A stretch of DNA of 64,000 nucleotides from an uncultured Methanoculleus sp. (GCA_964413225.1 CAYPRO010000001.1:143103-207102), one strand, 5' to 3'. Numbered from the stretch's first letter, positions 21,117 to 31,281 are shown. A program made the numbers and translations. Notes: generated by a model from the letters alone, not told the origin.

Positions 21117-21159
21117 TCGATGGGGAGGGCGAGAAGGGTTACTGTAGTACGGCAACGGG
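21117..21159 (+). repeat. Diverged 43 bp direct repeat with near-palindromic core, left copy
   Basis: Core GTTACTGTAGTACGGCAAC at 21138-21156; gapless match to 31282-31324. Confidence 0.8.
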
Positions 21160-21829
21160 TTTAGAGAAAAGGGGAGAGAACATGAGCAAACAGAAGCAAA
21201 GGGGTGAGAGATCTAACGAAGTGCTGAAAAGAGGTATCTTCACCGCATGAGACATCACAGATATGAACACATCATGAACGCATCCATAACCGTAAAAACC
21301 ACTTATGAGCGCGTTCATGGTTGTGCGCATACGTTCATGTTGGAGAGTCCTTCCAGATGTAGCGATTCCCCTGCCTCACTTCGATCTGTTCAAATTGAGG
21401 ATGCTTCCCGGCAATCCGGCGAAGCAGGCGGGTTGCCTGCGATCCGCTGATGCGGCAGAGGTCGGCAGCCCCTGATCGCCGTATCGATCCGTGCTCCCGA
21501 ACGTATACCCGGCCTCCATATGGAACCGTCTGCCCGGTCCCGCCGGGCGGGGGGTCTTGTTTCGGTGAGTGATCCCTCATATCAGGCTGGGGCACAACCC
21601 CACGGGTGCCGCGGAAAGACCTCAAATTAGAGTCATTTCCTTCAGACCCTTATATGCAGTCGGCTCATTTTCTACTTGTGTCCCAGCCTGATATGTAAGT
21701 TTTATCAAGGATCTTTTGGTTGGCGTGGTTTGAGGAGGTGAACTTGTGGATCATTGAACGGGAATGTGTTCTGTGCCTGAAAAAAAGGTGCCGGGAAGAT
21801 TGACAATGAGAGTCCTCCCGGTCATACAA

Positions 21830-24637
21830 TCAGCTCCCAATCTGACCGACAAGTTGTTTGCCAATGTATTTTTCGATGATCCCATCAACATCAGCCGTAT
21901 TGAACGAGACGCCGGAGTGCCAGGTTCCAAACCCGCCATGTCCATTGACCGCACGAACCCACTCAGCAAGGGCGGCTCGTTTCGTCCGATTCTGCGGGCT
22001 ATCCTGCCCCTTCGTTTCCAGCACCAGATATTCACCATTCTCAAGCCTGATGAGGAAGTCCGGCCGATACCTCAGTATGACGCCCTGATAGAGGTAGAAT
22101 ACCTCAAACCCGAGATGGTCGTTCTTGGCCCATGCCTTTACTGCCGGATTCCGATCGAGGACGAAGGCCTCGGTGGCCTCCCAGGTGCTGTCGTAGATGC
22201 AGAAGTTGATCTGTGATTTTTCTGTTTCTCCGCAGGGTTTGGTGGTGTGCCAGACCGGCATATCTGCGGTCGAGCGGATGGGGCGACTCTGGTCGAGGAC
22301 TGGCTCGATGGTTTCGGTGTTTGTCTCGCGGATCTGTTCATAGATATGCTGGACGATCTTGTTCATGTTGAGAATGAGCAGAACCCGCCGCCGCGTGTCG
22401 TCGGTGCTGAAGATGAGGGGGGCAAATCTGACTCTATCCGAGCGGAGGAACCGATCGACGATGCCGACCAGTTGCCCGACGAGATCGGCGGCGGTGCCCC
22501 GCCATTCCGGGCGCATCTGGTCGAGGAGATCCCGGGCCGTCTCGAATATGATTCGCTGGAGCCTGATTTGGCCGAGTTCCTCAAGATCGATGGTGGTGAC
22601 CTGATCGACAGCCGGTTTACCTTCGATGACCGGGGCGAGTTCGGCGATCTGCGGCGTCTCTGCGGCGTCGAGGATGAGGTGTTTAGCGGTCTCGATATCG
22701 AGGGTGAGCCGAGGCCGGTAAGTGTGTTCAACCCTGAGCACGTTCGGCCAGGTGATTTCGTATTTTTGGCGGGAGGGGAGCGATTCGACCCGAGTTTTGG
22801 GTTTTTCCGGCCGGGGCGGGGCATCACCTCCTCCTTCATGGGGGAGGAATGTGAAGGGGATGCCAAAGATATTGACATATTCGGGAGAGAATAAGCCAGT
22901 TTCCTCGTCGACATCGTAACTGGTGCGCCGGAGCCCCCGGCCGATGACCTGTTCGCAGAGGAGCTGGCTGGAAAAGGCCCGTAGCCCCATGATGTGCGTG
23001 ACCGTCCGGGCATCCCAGCCCTCGGAGAGCATGCCGACAGAGATGACGTTCTGGATCTTCTCGCCCGCCTCACCGGGTTTCCCGATAGTGTCGACCTGTT
23101 GCCGGAGGTAGAGGGCCATCTCTTTTTTAGTGCGTGGCCGGTCATCCTCTTCATCGCTGCTCCCGGTGATGAGTAGTTCTTCGTCCAGGGCCTCAGCCTC
23201 TTTGAGCACCTTCGAGTCGATGTGAAGGATCTTGCCATCATCACAGAGGTCGTCGATCCGGATCTTTTTGCGGGTGAAGGCGTAGGCTATCCTTGCGGCG
23301 GTCTCGGTAGTATTCGCGACAGTGATCATGACCGGCGGGGTCCGGTAGCCGGCCGCAACCCATTCCTTCTTCTTCTCCTGCCAGTCGAGGCCGAGGAAGT
23401 AGTAGGCGGTGTTGAGGAGGTCGGGGAGGGGTTCGGACTCTTCGGCGCCTTTGCGGGTGAGGTCGTCATAGACCTCGGGGTCGGTGTAGATGTGATAGAA
23501 CCGGGATCGGTAATCATCGGGCCTCGGGTTTGTGTCGTCGCGGATGACGACGCGGGGGGTTTTGACGAGACCGGACTCAATGGCATCGTTTAAGGAGAAA
23601 TCACTGACGATCCAGGTGAAAAGGGCTTCTTCGTCGCTTCTCTTTCCGCTTGGAGCGAAGGGCGTGGCGGTGAAGTCGAAGCAGGAGAGGATGTTCCTCG
23701 CCCTGTGGATGCGGTCGAGGCCCTGAACCCAGACGGTAGCCTGATCGATCTCATCTTTTGCGACTCCTTTGACCTTTGATTCGGCCGGAACCCGCCAGGC
23801 GTGATGTGCCTCGTCGTTGATGATAATGAGGTTGTTGTGCCGGGCCATATCGCCGAGGATCTCGCGGACGTATGCTTCATCGCTCTTTGGGCCGCGTTTA
23901 TCGACACTCTTCCTCTTCAGGATCTGCTCTTCACTCTCACAGGCAAGTGCATGCCAGTTCTGGACGAGGACTCTCCCCTGCCTGAGGTTCTCCGCAAGAC
24001 CAGGCGGGACAATGGCGAAAACGTCGTAGTAGTTGCCCTCAGACGAGGGGATGAGGACGGAGAGGCGGCTTTTGACGGTGAGGCCGGGGGCGATGATGAG
24101 GATGTTCTTTGAGAACCGGGGATCGGTTGGATAGGCGGTCTTGTTGAGGACCTGCCAGGCGATGAGCATGGCCATGACGACGGTCTTGCCGGTCCCGGTT
24201 GCCATCTTGCAGCAATAGCGGAGGAATTCACCGCCGTCGCCTTCGATATTTATCCCGACCTTTTCTGCGTCAGAGGCCTCGGTGAGCCAGATGAGGGTCT
24301 CTATAGCCTCAAGCTGGCAGAAGAAGAAGGGGATGCTTTCTCGCTCTTCGATGTCCCGCCAGTAGTCGAGGAGGCGGCGGGTGATGCTGGTGATGCCGGG
24401 GTAGCCAGCTTTCTGCCAGGCCTTGATGCGGGGGCGAATCTGGTTGACGAGAGGTATCTCATAGAAGACACCGGGATCATCAAAGGCGCTGGAACCCTGC
24501 GTGGCGACGATGTAGCCCGCTTTACGCCGACCTTTTCTGAGGTCAAAGGTGCGGGCAGTCCGGTCGTAGTGCCAGTGGCAGGCGGGTTCGGTGTAGGGGG
24601 AGGTGATGATGAGGCGGTCGATGGTCTTCTGCGGCAT
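21830..24637 (-). CDS. Type III-like restriction endonuclease/SF2 helicase (Res, BPTD_3080-like)
   Basis: KMATGTGKT, INDEAHH, FTATP, EQVIGRGLRR, C-terminal YRPDF..LETKG nuclease motif. Confidence 0.92.
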   Translation of the reverse strand: MPQKTIDRLIITSPYTEPACHWHYDRTARTFDLRKGRRKAGYIVATQGSSAFDDPGVFYEIPLVNQIRPRIKAWQKAGYPGITSITRRLLDYWRDIEERESIPFFFCQLEAIETLIWLTEASDAEKVGINIEGDGGEFLRYCCKMATGTGKTVVMAMLIAWQVLNKTAYPTDPRFSKNILIIAPGLTVKSRLSVLIPSSEGNYYDVFAIVPPGLAENLRQGRVLVQNWHALACESEEQILKRKSVDKRGPKSDEAYVREILGDMARHNNLIIINDEAHHAWRVPAESKVKGVAKDEIDQATVWVQGLDRIHRARNILSCFDFTATPFAPSGKRSDEEALFTWIVSDFSLNDAIESGLVKTPRVVIRDDTNPRPDDYRSRFYHIYTDPEVYDDLTRKGAEESEPLPDLLNTAYYFLGLDWQEKKKEWVAAGYRTPPVMITVANTTETAARIAYAFTRKKIRIDDLCDDGKILHIDSKVLKEAEALDEELLITGSSDEEDDRPRTKKEMALYLRQQVDTIGKPGEAGEKIQNVISVGMLSEGWDARTVTHIMGLRAFSSQLLCEQVIGRGLRRTSYDVDEETGLFSPEYVNIFGIPFTFLPHEGGGDAPPRPEKPKTRVESLPSRQKYEITWPNVLRVEHTYRPRLTLDIETAKHLILDAAETPQIAELAPVIEGKPAVDQVTTIDLEELGQIRLQRIIFETARDLLDQMRPEWRGTAADLVGQLVGIVDRFLRSDRVRFAPLIFSTDDTRRRVLLILNMNKIVQHIYEQIRETNTETIEPVLDQSRPIRSTADMPVWHTTKPCGETEKSQINFCIYDSTWEATEAFVLDRNPAVKAWAKNDHLGFEVFYLYQGVILRYRPDFLIRLENGEYLVLETKGQDSPQNRTKRAALAEWVRAVNGHGGFGTWHSGVSFNTADVDGIIEKYIGKQLVGQIGS

Positions 24638-24641
24638 AGGG

Positions 24642-27377
24642 TTACTCCTCCAGTACGTCCAGTTCCCGATCGATGCTGGATTCAATGCCTCTGTCATCGA
24701 TGATCTTGATGGCGATGCGCCGGTTCGCTCCGGGTCTGAAGGGAAGGGAGACGGTGCCACGGTAAGCCTCGATCTTCTCCTCATCTATCTCGGCTTTGAG
24801 GTTTTTCTGGAGTTTTGCCCACCCCTCATTTTTGCCGGCCATGGGGAAGAAGACCTGCCGGGGGAAGAGGCTGCGGCCGTCATAATCAGGATCAAGCATC
24901 CACATGGCGATCTTCTCGGGGCCGCCGCCGTCAACGGTGCCGGTGCGGGTGTCGTAGTAGTCAAAGCCGTTGACGGAGAGGAGGATCGTGCCGGCTTCAG
25001 GCCCTTCGGTGATCAGGTTCAGGGTGATGTCAGGCTGGCCAATGAGCCAGAAGCTCTCGTCGCTGGAGCGTTTCTTCTTGAGGTCGTCGGTCTGGAGGTC
25101 GATGTTCATCTGGATTTTGAGGAGGGTGACGCCGGGCCAGTTGGTCTCGTCGATGTCTTTTGCGGCCTCGGGGTCGAACTGGAAGGCGGCGAAGACGAGG
25201 ATCTCCGGGCGAGGGGCGAGGCGCTGGGCTTCTTTGAGCGCCATCTCTACCTGCCGGGTGCTGAGGGCGGCGTGTTCGGGGCCGAAGGAGACGGCGGCCC
25301 GCTTTGGGGCGCTGTCCGCGGTCTCGCCGTGGGCGTGGAGCCACCGGGTGCCGCCGAGGGATTCGAGCCGGGCGAAGGCGATCCGCTGACCGCTCCTGCC
25401 ACGGATGCCGGTGGCGAGGAGTTGAGTTCGCCATTCGTCCTGCCGGAGTGATTCACCGGTGCGAGCGGCGGAGTCGTCGGCCGGGAAGGGTGCTGAGGTG
25501 CTGCCGGAGAGCGGTTCGACGGTGGGGGCGGGAACGGCCTCGACGGTGAAGGGGCCGGTGACGCGGACTTTCGTCTTGTCATTCTCCGGCTGATCGTAGA
25601 GGGTCTCCTGTGGGGCGTTCTTCTGGATGCTTGCGTCGATCTCGGTCTGCCGCTTCTGCCGGGCGGCAAGGAACTTCTTGTGGGCTTTTTCCGCCGCTTC
25701 CGGCCAGGCGGGATCGGGGTCGAAGGGGATTTTCCATTCTTCGTAAGAAGTTTTTGCGGCGGTGTTGAGGGCAGCGAGGGCGGCCTCGACCTTCGGCCGG
25801 TGCTTCTCGTAGATGATATCGATCTCGGGGTTGTTTGCTATGGACTTGAGGGTGATGTGCGGGACGGTCTTATACACAAACCCGCTCCCGACGCCTTCTT
25901 CAGGGTGGGCGAGGTTGTAGTAATCGAAGGCGGCGGTCATGAGCCGCTGTTTTGCGAGGGTTATCGCAACGCGGGAGGTGTCGCAGGTGATCCAGCGCCG
26001 GCCCCATTTCTCGGCGACGTAGGCGGTGGTCCCCGAGCCGCAGGTGGGATCGAGGACGAGGTCGCCGGGGTCGGTGGTCATGAGGAGGCAACGCTCGATG
26101 ACCTTTTCGTTAGTTTGAACGACGTAGGTTTTACCGTATGCACCTTGCGTATCCAGCCATACCGATGTGATTTTTGTCAATGGAAAGTCATCTTCATTAA
26201 GGACATATCTCAGTACCTTTCCCTCTTTCATTAGACGAGAACATTTTTTCAATCGGTTCATTTCATCTAAGTTAGTGATCCAGCATTTACCAACACCTGG
26301 CTGAAACTTTTCGCCATTTACTTCGACTTCGAAAACGGCGTGTTGAGAGAATGAGGGAGGATATAGTGATATAAGTTGAAATGATTTCGAATTTTCAGGA
26401 ACTTGTGTAGATCCATTACGTTCATCGCGTGTTAATTTCCGGCACTTTCCGTCATCTAAGTTTAGCCAAGACCAATGAGTGTCATTCTTAATGTTGAGTT
26501 CATTAAATAAGTGCCGGAATTTAAGTTGCTTTAAATCCTTCGAGTACCACACTATGTAATCGGTCATATTTTCAAGGGTTTTTGAACCTAAAGGCATCGT
26601 TTTTTTCCTAAATATAATCTCACTGACGAAGTTGTCCTCCCCAAACACCTCATCCATAATCTCCCGCACATGGTGCACATTCTCATCCGATATCTGCACG
26701 AACACGCTCCCGCTCTCGGTGAGCAGTTCCCGGGCAAGCAGCAGACGATCCCGGAGATACGTCAGATATGAGTGAATCCCGAGTTCCCAGGTATCCCGAA
26801 AGGCCTTGATCATCTCGGGCTCGCTCGTGAGATCCTCATCCTTCCTATCCTTCACATCCCGCCTGTTCACGAAGGGCTGGAAATTGCTCTTATAGGTGAT
26901 CCCATAAGGCGGATCGATGTAGATCATCTGCACCTTCCCGGCCATCCCCTCTTTCTCCAGCAGAGAGTTCATGACGAGGAGCGAGTCGCCGGCGACGAGG
27001 CGGTTACTCCAGTTGTGTTTGTGGCGGTAGAACTCCACCGCCTCCCGGATGGGCGGATTCTCTATCGAAAACTCAAAGAGTGATGCCTGCCGGTGGTCGC
27101 CGTTGCTTGCCTTTGCCGCACGTATGATCGTCCGCGGGTCGATCCGCTCGTGGACGTGGAGGGAGACCGTCGGAACCTCAAAGGAGGTGTGCTCGGCCTT
27201 CCCCGCCCAAACAAGCTCCGGGTCGAGGTGAGGATCGTAGGAGTAGGTCTTTATATCGTAATCAGGTTCGTTCTCCGCACGGACCAGCCCCGCCGGCGGG
27301 TTATTCAGCCGACAGGTTCCCTTGTGGTCGTATTGCTCGATATTCTTCTGGTTGGGCTTCTCCTTTTTCCGGGCCAT
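24642..27377 (-). CDS. Site-specific adenine DNA methyltransferase (type III Mod-like, beta class)
   Basis: IYIDPPYG precedes LDPTCGSGTT; lies directly upstream of Res. Confidence 0.93.
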   Translation of the reverse strand: MARKKEKPNQKNIEQYDHKGTCRLNNPPAGLVRAENEPDYDIKTYSYDPHLDPELVWAGKAEHTSFEVPTVSLHVHERIDPRTIIRAAKASNGDHRQASLFEFSIENPPIREAVEFYRHKHNWSNRLVAGDSLLVMNSLLEKEGMAGKVQMIYIDPPYGITYKSNFQPFVNRRDVKDRKDEDLTSEPEMIKAFRDTWELGIHSYLTYLRDRLLLARELLTESGSVFVQISDENVHHVREIMDEVFGEDNFVSEIIFRKKTMPLGSKTLENMTDYIVWYSKDLKQLKFRHLFNELNIKNDTHWSWLNLDDGKCRKLTRDERNGSTQVPENSKSFQLISLYPPSFSQHAVFEVEVNGEKFQPGVGKCWITNLDEMNRLKKCSRLMKEGKVLRYVLNEDDFPLTKITSVWLDTQGAYGKTYVVQTNEKVIERCLLMTTDPGDLVLDPTCGSGTTAYVAEKWGRRWITCDTSRVAITLAKQRLMTAAFDYYNLAHPEEGVGSGFVYKTVPHITLKSIANNPEIDIIYEKHRPKVEAALAALNTAAKTSYEEWKIPFDPDPAWPEAAEKAHKKFLAARQKRQTEIDASIQKNAPQETLYDQPENDKTKVRVTGPFTVEAVPAPTVEPLSGSTSAPFPADDSAARTGESLRQDEWRTQLLATGIRGRSGQRIAFARLESLGGTRWLHAHGETADSAPKRAAVSFGPEHAALSTRQVEMALKEAQRLAPRPEILVFAAFQFDPEAAKDIDETNWPGVTLLKIQMNIDLQTDDLKKKRSSDESFWLIGQPDITLNLITEGPEAGTILLSVNGFDYYDTRTGTVDGGGPEKIAMWMLDPDYDGRSLFPRQVFFPMAGKNEGWAKLQKNLKAEIDEEKIEAYRGTVSLPFRPGANRRIAIKIIDDRGIESSIDRELDVLEE

Positions 27378-27537
27378 AGAATCGCATGCGTGATTCTCAT
27401 TTTAAACCTGTTAAGGGTTGTGGAATCGATCTCCAGTTACATGGAATGATTTTCCAAATCAGGCTATCTCCGATCTCCGTGCGGCAGAAGAACCCGCATC
27501 GATCAGTTAATATATACCTCTGTTGTTACTGCGTATC

Positions 27538-28797
27538 ATGAACGAGAGTGAGAAAAAAGATCTTGTCTCAAAGAGCGACGCCGGTCTAATCATCGTTCCC
27601 GGGAAGTATCAGCAAGTGTACTCAGTGTACAGAGACGAGATCGACTGTTTCTTACGGGCATACGTCCTGCTCAGGGGCGTTCCCGGGATAAACATGGAGC
27701 GGGACACAGCGGGAGGAAATTATGGAAGGTATTTCTTCCCCACATCGGAGTTCAATATCCTCCATGTCATGAACGCTATCCGGGAGCGGATCAAACCCGG
27801 GAGAGAACCATTTACCTATTCGGATCTCCGGGATATGGCAGGCGATCTCTCGTTCTGTGAGACTAATGAGAAGCCAATGATCTATAGATCAGTACATACA
27901 CATCAGGTCAGCAGAAAGAATACAGACTCACCTATCCCTCTGGAAGCGGATAACAGAATACTTACGGTCAGGGAGTTCGATCTCGCCCCCATCGAAGAGA
28001 TAGCAGCAAAGGAGAACGAACCCGCCGGAGAGGTTCCTAAACCGCAACTCAGCACCGTGTCGGACTATTTTGCATTCGATTCAAGCATCACGAGGGCAAA
28101 ATCACTTTATGACCAGACCGGGTATCATTTCGTCCTCTTCTGGCTAAAACCCACATCTGTCGAGGGTCAGGAGTATTGCAGCACTCGTATACCCTCATCA
28201 AAGAGCAGCATCACCTCATCGATGTTTTCATCCATGCTCCGGGAGAACCTCTGGAGCAACTCGTCGCTCTCAGAGTATCTATCGGACCTTGGCCGTGCGG
28301 GCTTTCCGGTGTATCCCATCGCTCAGTTGCTATTAAACACAGGCGAAAACAACGATTCTTGCCGGAAGGGATATCTCGTCCACAGAACTATCGCCGATAA
28401 AATACAGGCTGCTGTAGATCCTGAAATTGCTAACGCCATCCTGCGCTCACAGGGACATCCAAAAATCCGAGAACAAATTGCCAACCTGACTGAAAAACTG
28501 CGGCTCATCGAGGACCTCGGGGATACCACTCTGAGTTCGAGCATCTCTGAAGGCCAGTATACCTGCAAGGATCTCATCGAGGAACTTGTGGGTAAAGGAG
28601 TAGCCCGGCGAACCAGATTGGGGAATATACGCCTCAACGAACAACGTCCTAGAGGGTATCTTGGTGAAAAGAAAGATGAGATACTATCCCGAATGAACGA
28701 ACTCTTCCGGAACTTCTTTGAGTTGCCGCTCTCTGAGATACTGGAGGCCGGGTATCTCACGGGGGGTCAGGAGCCCTCGGGTTATCTCCCGGAATAA
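27538..28797 (+). CDS. Orphan hypothetical protein (~419 aa), possible C-terminal winged helix
   Basis: Long open frame, lower GC than host, TTAATATAT upstream; no recognised motif. Confidence 0.75.
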   Translation: MNESEKKDLVSKSDAGLIIVPGKYQQVYSVYRDEIDCFLRAYVLLRGVPGINMERDTAGGNYGRYFFPTSEFNILHVMNAIRERIKPGREPFTYSDLRDMAGDLSFCETNEKPMIYRSVHTHQVSRKNTDSPIPLEADNRILTVREFDLAPIEEIAAKENEPAGEVPKPQLSTVSDYFAFDSSITRAKSLYDQTGYHFVLFWLKPTSVEGQEYCSTRIPSSKSSITSSMFSSMLRENLWSNSSLSEYLSDLGRAGFPVYPIAQLLLNTGENNDSCRKGYLVHRTIADKIQAAVDPEIANAILRSQGHPKIREQIANLTEKLRLIEDLGDTTLSSSISEGQYTCKDLIEELVGKGVARRTRLGNIRLNEQRPRGYLGEKKDEILSRMNELFRNFFELPLSEILEAGYLTGGQEPSGYLPE

Positions 28798-28959
28798 CAC
28801 GGTCTCCGGGGAATGCCGGGATGTCGATGCAGGCGGGGGGAGGACTCTTCCCACCCGGTTTAGCTCAGCCTGAATACCCGATGAAATAAACGGAAGATAT
28901 TTCTTCAATCCATCATGTAGCGGGACGATGATACCAGCCCTCCCGCCGGATGTCTCCTT

Positions 28960-29470
28960 TTACAGACACACATACCTACCAGCCGCCTCAACCACCATGA
29001 TACTCTGCCCCCCTCCAGCTTCGAGCAGGAACTCTCCCCGGTACAGCCCCATAACCTCCTCGAGGCCATAAACCGCCTCACAAAACCCGCTTCCCCTCCC
29101 GGTTCGACCGGACCCGCCGACCTTTGCGGGATGAGATCCCCCCGCCGTTTGTGCCACCGCCTGTGGCACAATTCCATCACCCACCTCCGGATACTCGCAA
29201 AAGAAGGCGAGCATCCGCCTGATATTTCGCTCTGAAAAGCCCTTTACTTCCGGTAGTTCGTTCTTCAGCGCCGAAGAAAGGCGCGGGATGACCGCAGCTC
29301 CCCACCCCTCGGTTTTCTGCCGCTCGTGAATGATCCGGCCCACCTCCCAGTAGAGGCGGACAAGTTCGGCATTGACCGCCAGAACCGCCCTGGTCCGTGC
29401 CGCGAGGATTCGCTCCTTCACATCGGCGAGCAGAGCAATGAAATCGCCCGGTATAGCATCCAATCCGCCT
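28960..29470 (-). pseudogene. DUF1016/YhcG N-terminal fragment, nuclease half missing
   Basis: AVNAELVRLYWEVG, GWGAAVI..LS, GFSERNIRRM, VPQAVAQ, then unrelated sequence. Confidence 0.85.
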
Positions 29471-29471
29471 C

Positions 29472-29717
29472 TCACCCCACCACCGATTCCATCCGCGCCG
29501 GATGCCCCTCTACCTCGCGCTCCGGCTCCCGCAGCAGGCAGGCACACCGTTCATCGGGTATCTCCATCCGTCCGCGCCGCCGCGCCCACCGGAGATGGAG
29601 GGTCGAGGGATGGCCGTGCCGGATAGACTTCTCCCGCACCGAAGCCGCATTGATCTCATCGAGCGGCAACGCCGCCTCGATCAGTTTTTTTGGGTATCCG
29701 AATCGCTCCGTGCTCAT
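29472..29717 (-). pseudogene. DUF1156 adenine methyltransferase, 5' fragment
   Basis: [38 protein letters not shown]; homology ends after about 48 aa. Confidence 0.88.
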
Positions 29718-29778
29718 TACTCATCGAACATCACCTGCCCCCATCCCCGATCCGCCTGCTTGCAATCTGCATCCGCTT

Positions 29779-29898
29779 TCCATCCACACTTTATCCACAC
29801 TTTATCCACACCCTGCATGGTACCTCATCCTGTCTGGAACAGGAGCGGATTTTGTTCGGCCAAAACGCCCTGAAATACCCTCACTCCACATGGTGGTA
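29779..29898 (+). repeat. Second diverged copy of the element at 20557-20716
   Basis: Identical TCCATCCACACTTTATCCAC, then CATGGyACC and CAAAA..CCCT.AAA..CCA.ATGGTGGT. Confidence 0.7.
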
Positions 29899-30440
29899 TC
29901 ACACACCATATTCGCCTCTCCGCAGAACATACCTCGTCTCCCTCCTCGATGCACCTACTCGCTCTAAAATCCCAAGATTAATCAGAACCTTAAGATCCTT
30001 GAGTGCCATCGTTGCCGAGATTCCCGTGAGCGACCGATACTCACCGCTCGTGATGCTCCCCTTCTCCTTGATCCACTTCACCGCGAGAACCTGCCGGTCG
30101 TTTAACCCCATCTCACGAAGAGAACTCTCGTCCAGCATATCCTTCCTCATCGTCAGGATAAACCCGAGCGGCATGCTGGAAAACTCAGGAGGCGGCATAC
30201 CGGCATCGCAAAATGCCGCGATGATCCGCTCGACCCCCGACCCGTAACGCTCGATGAGCCCGGCGCGGTAGAAGATATCGGCAACTTTTGGGTTACGGTG
30301 GTAGGTGTAGTGCTCTTTTACGAGCATATCGACGGTGATCCCCTCGGGAAGATGGCCGGGATTGTGGAACCGGATATGGTCATCGAATATCCTGACCTGG
30401 GTCTGGACCGTGTTGTTGAAGGAGTTATCGAGTGTTCCGT
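29899..30440 (-). pseudogene. RecG C-terminal-like ATP-binding domain plus wHTH, 5'-truncated
   Basis: IFDDHIRFHNPGHLP, RNPKVADIF, IERYGSG, TALKDLKVL. Confidence 0.8.
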
Positions 30441-30856
30441 GAAAGAGGATGATCTGATTGCGTTCTATGCTGAACAAGGGCTGCTGTGATCTGTAAACGT
30501 CGGAATTAGATCTCTCGCTTCTGCTGAATAAGGCACCAGCGGGCTCTCAAACACGGCGATAGCAGGGCCACGGCCGGCATCCGGACTCACGTGTCGCCGG
30601 CAGATCGGTAGCGGCTTTGCGCCGGCCCCCTCACCCCCACCGAGCGCCGGCCCCTATAACCTGGCCCCGCCGACCCCGCCCCCCGAGGCCGGGCGGGGTG
30701 GAGTCACCGACAGCTGAATATACGGTAGGGACGGGGGCGAGGCCCTCCCCCCATACCTTCGCAGATGAATGAACGGCACGCCCTCAACGTTTATCGTCTG
30801 GTTCTCCCACACATACCCATGTGGCGATCAAGACACGGAATCAGGGTGATTCTTGT

Positions 30857-31057
30857 ATGACCGATATCAAACGGCAATATATCGTGGCCGATAACGATAG
30901 AAGGGTCGGCGTTGTGCTTGATATTGAGACGTTCGAGAGAATCGAGGAACTCCTTGAGAACTGCGGACTTATGCGGCATATGGAGGAGATCGAGGAAGAA
31001 GAGACTCTCTCGCTCAACGAGGCACGGCGGCGCTATGCACAGATGAGCAAAGAGTAG
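30857..31057 (+). CDS. Small acidic antitoxin (partner of RelE-type toxin)
   Basis: QYIVAD..RVGVVLDIETFERIEELLE...LSLNEA; abuts the RelE remnant. Confidence 0.75.
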   Translation: MTDIKRQYIVADNDRRVGVVLDIETFERIEELLENCGLMRHMEEIEEEETLSLNEARRRYAQMSKE

Positions 31058-31058
31058 C

Positions 31059-31230
31059 ATGGTCATTTGCCGATATAAGAAGACGTTTCTGAAGGATCTG
31101 GCGAAAGTCCATCCGGATCACCGGGAGAGAATCGAGATTCTGGTGTTTGAGACGATCCCGGCCTCAGGGAGATGTTCTCACCTTCTATCGAGTGAAAAAT
31201 CGAGAGGATATTTATAGGATCTTCCCCTGA
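31059..31230 (+). pseudogene. RelE/ParE-family toxin with internal deletion and frameshift
   Basis: N-terminus MVICRYKKTFLKDLAKV and C-terminus FYRVKNREDIYRIFP* lie in different frames; the central YRIRVGDYR-type segment is absent. Confidence 0.8.
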
Positions 31231-31281
31231 CGAGCCTTTGAACCGCCTCACCCCGTTTGTCACCGGCGGTGCAAGAGTGTG

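Noticed and set aside
20720..21750. Short ORFs between the tandem repeat and Res
   Set aside because: No recognisable family in any frame; probably decayed sequence.
24638..24784. Upstream extension of the Res ORF to 24784
   Set aside because: Overlaps the Mod C-terminus; the ATG at 24637 follows GGAGGAG and fits the family start.
24642..27377. Phase variation of Mod by simple sequence repeats
   Set aside because: No long homopolymer or short tandem tract was found in the gene.
29791..29810. Replication origin suggested by TTATCCACA boxes
   Set aside because: Archaeal host without DnaA; no orc1/cdc6, ORB motif or AT-rich unwinding element nearby.
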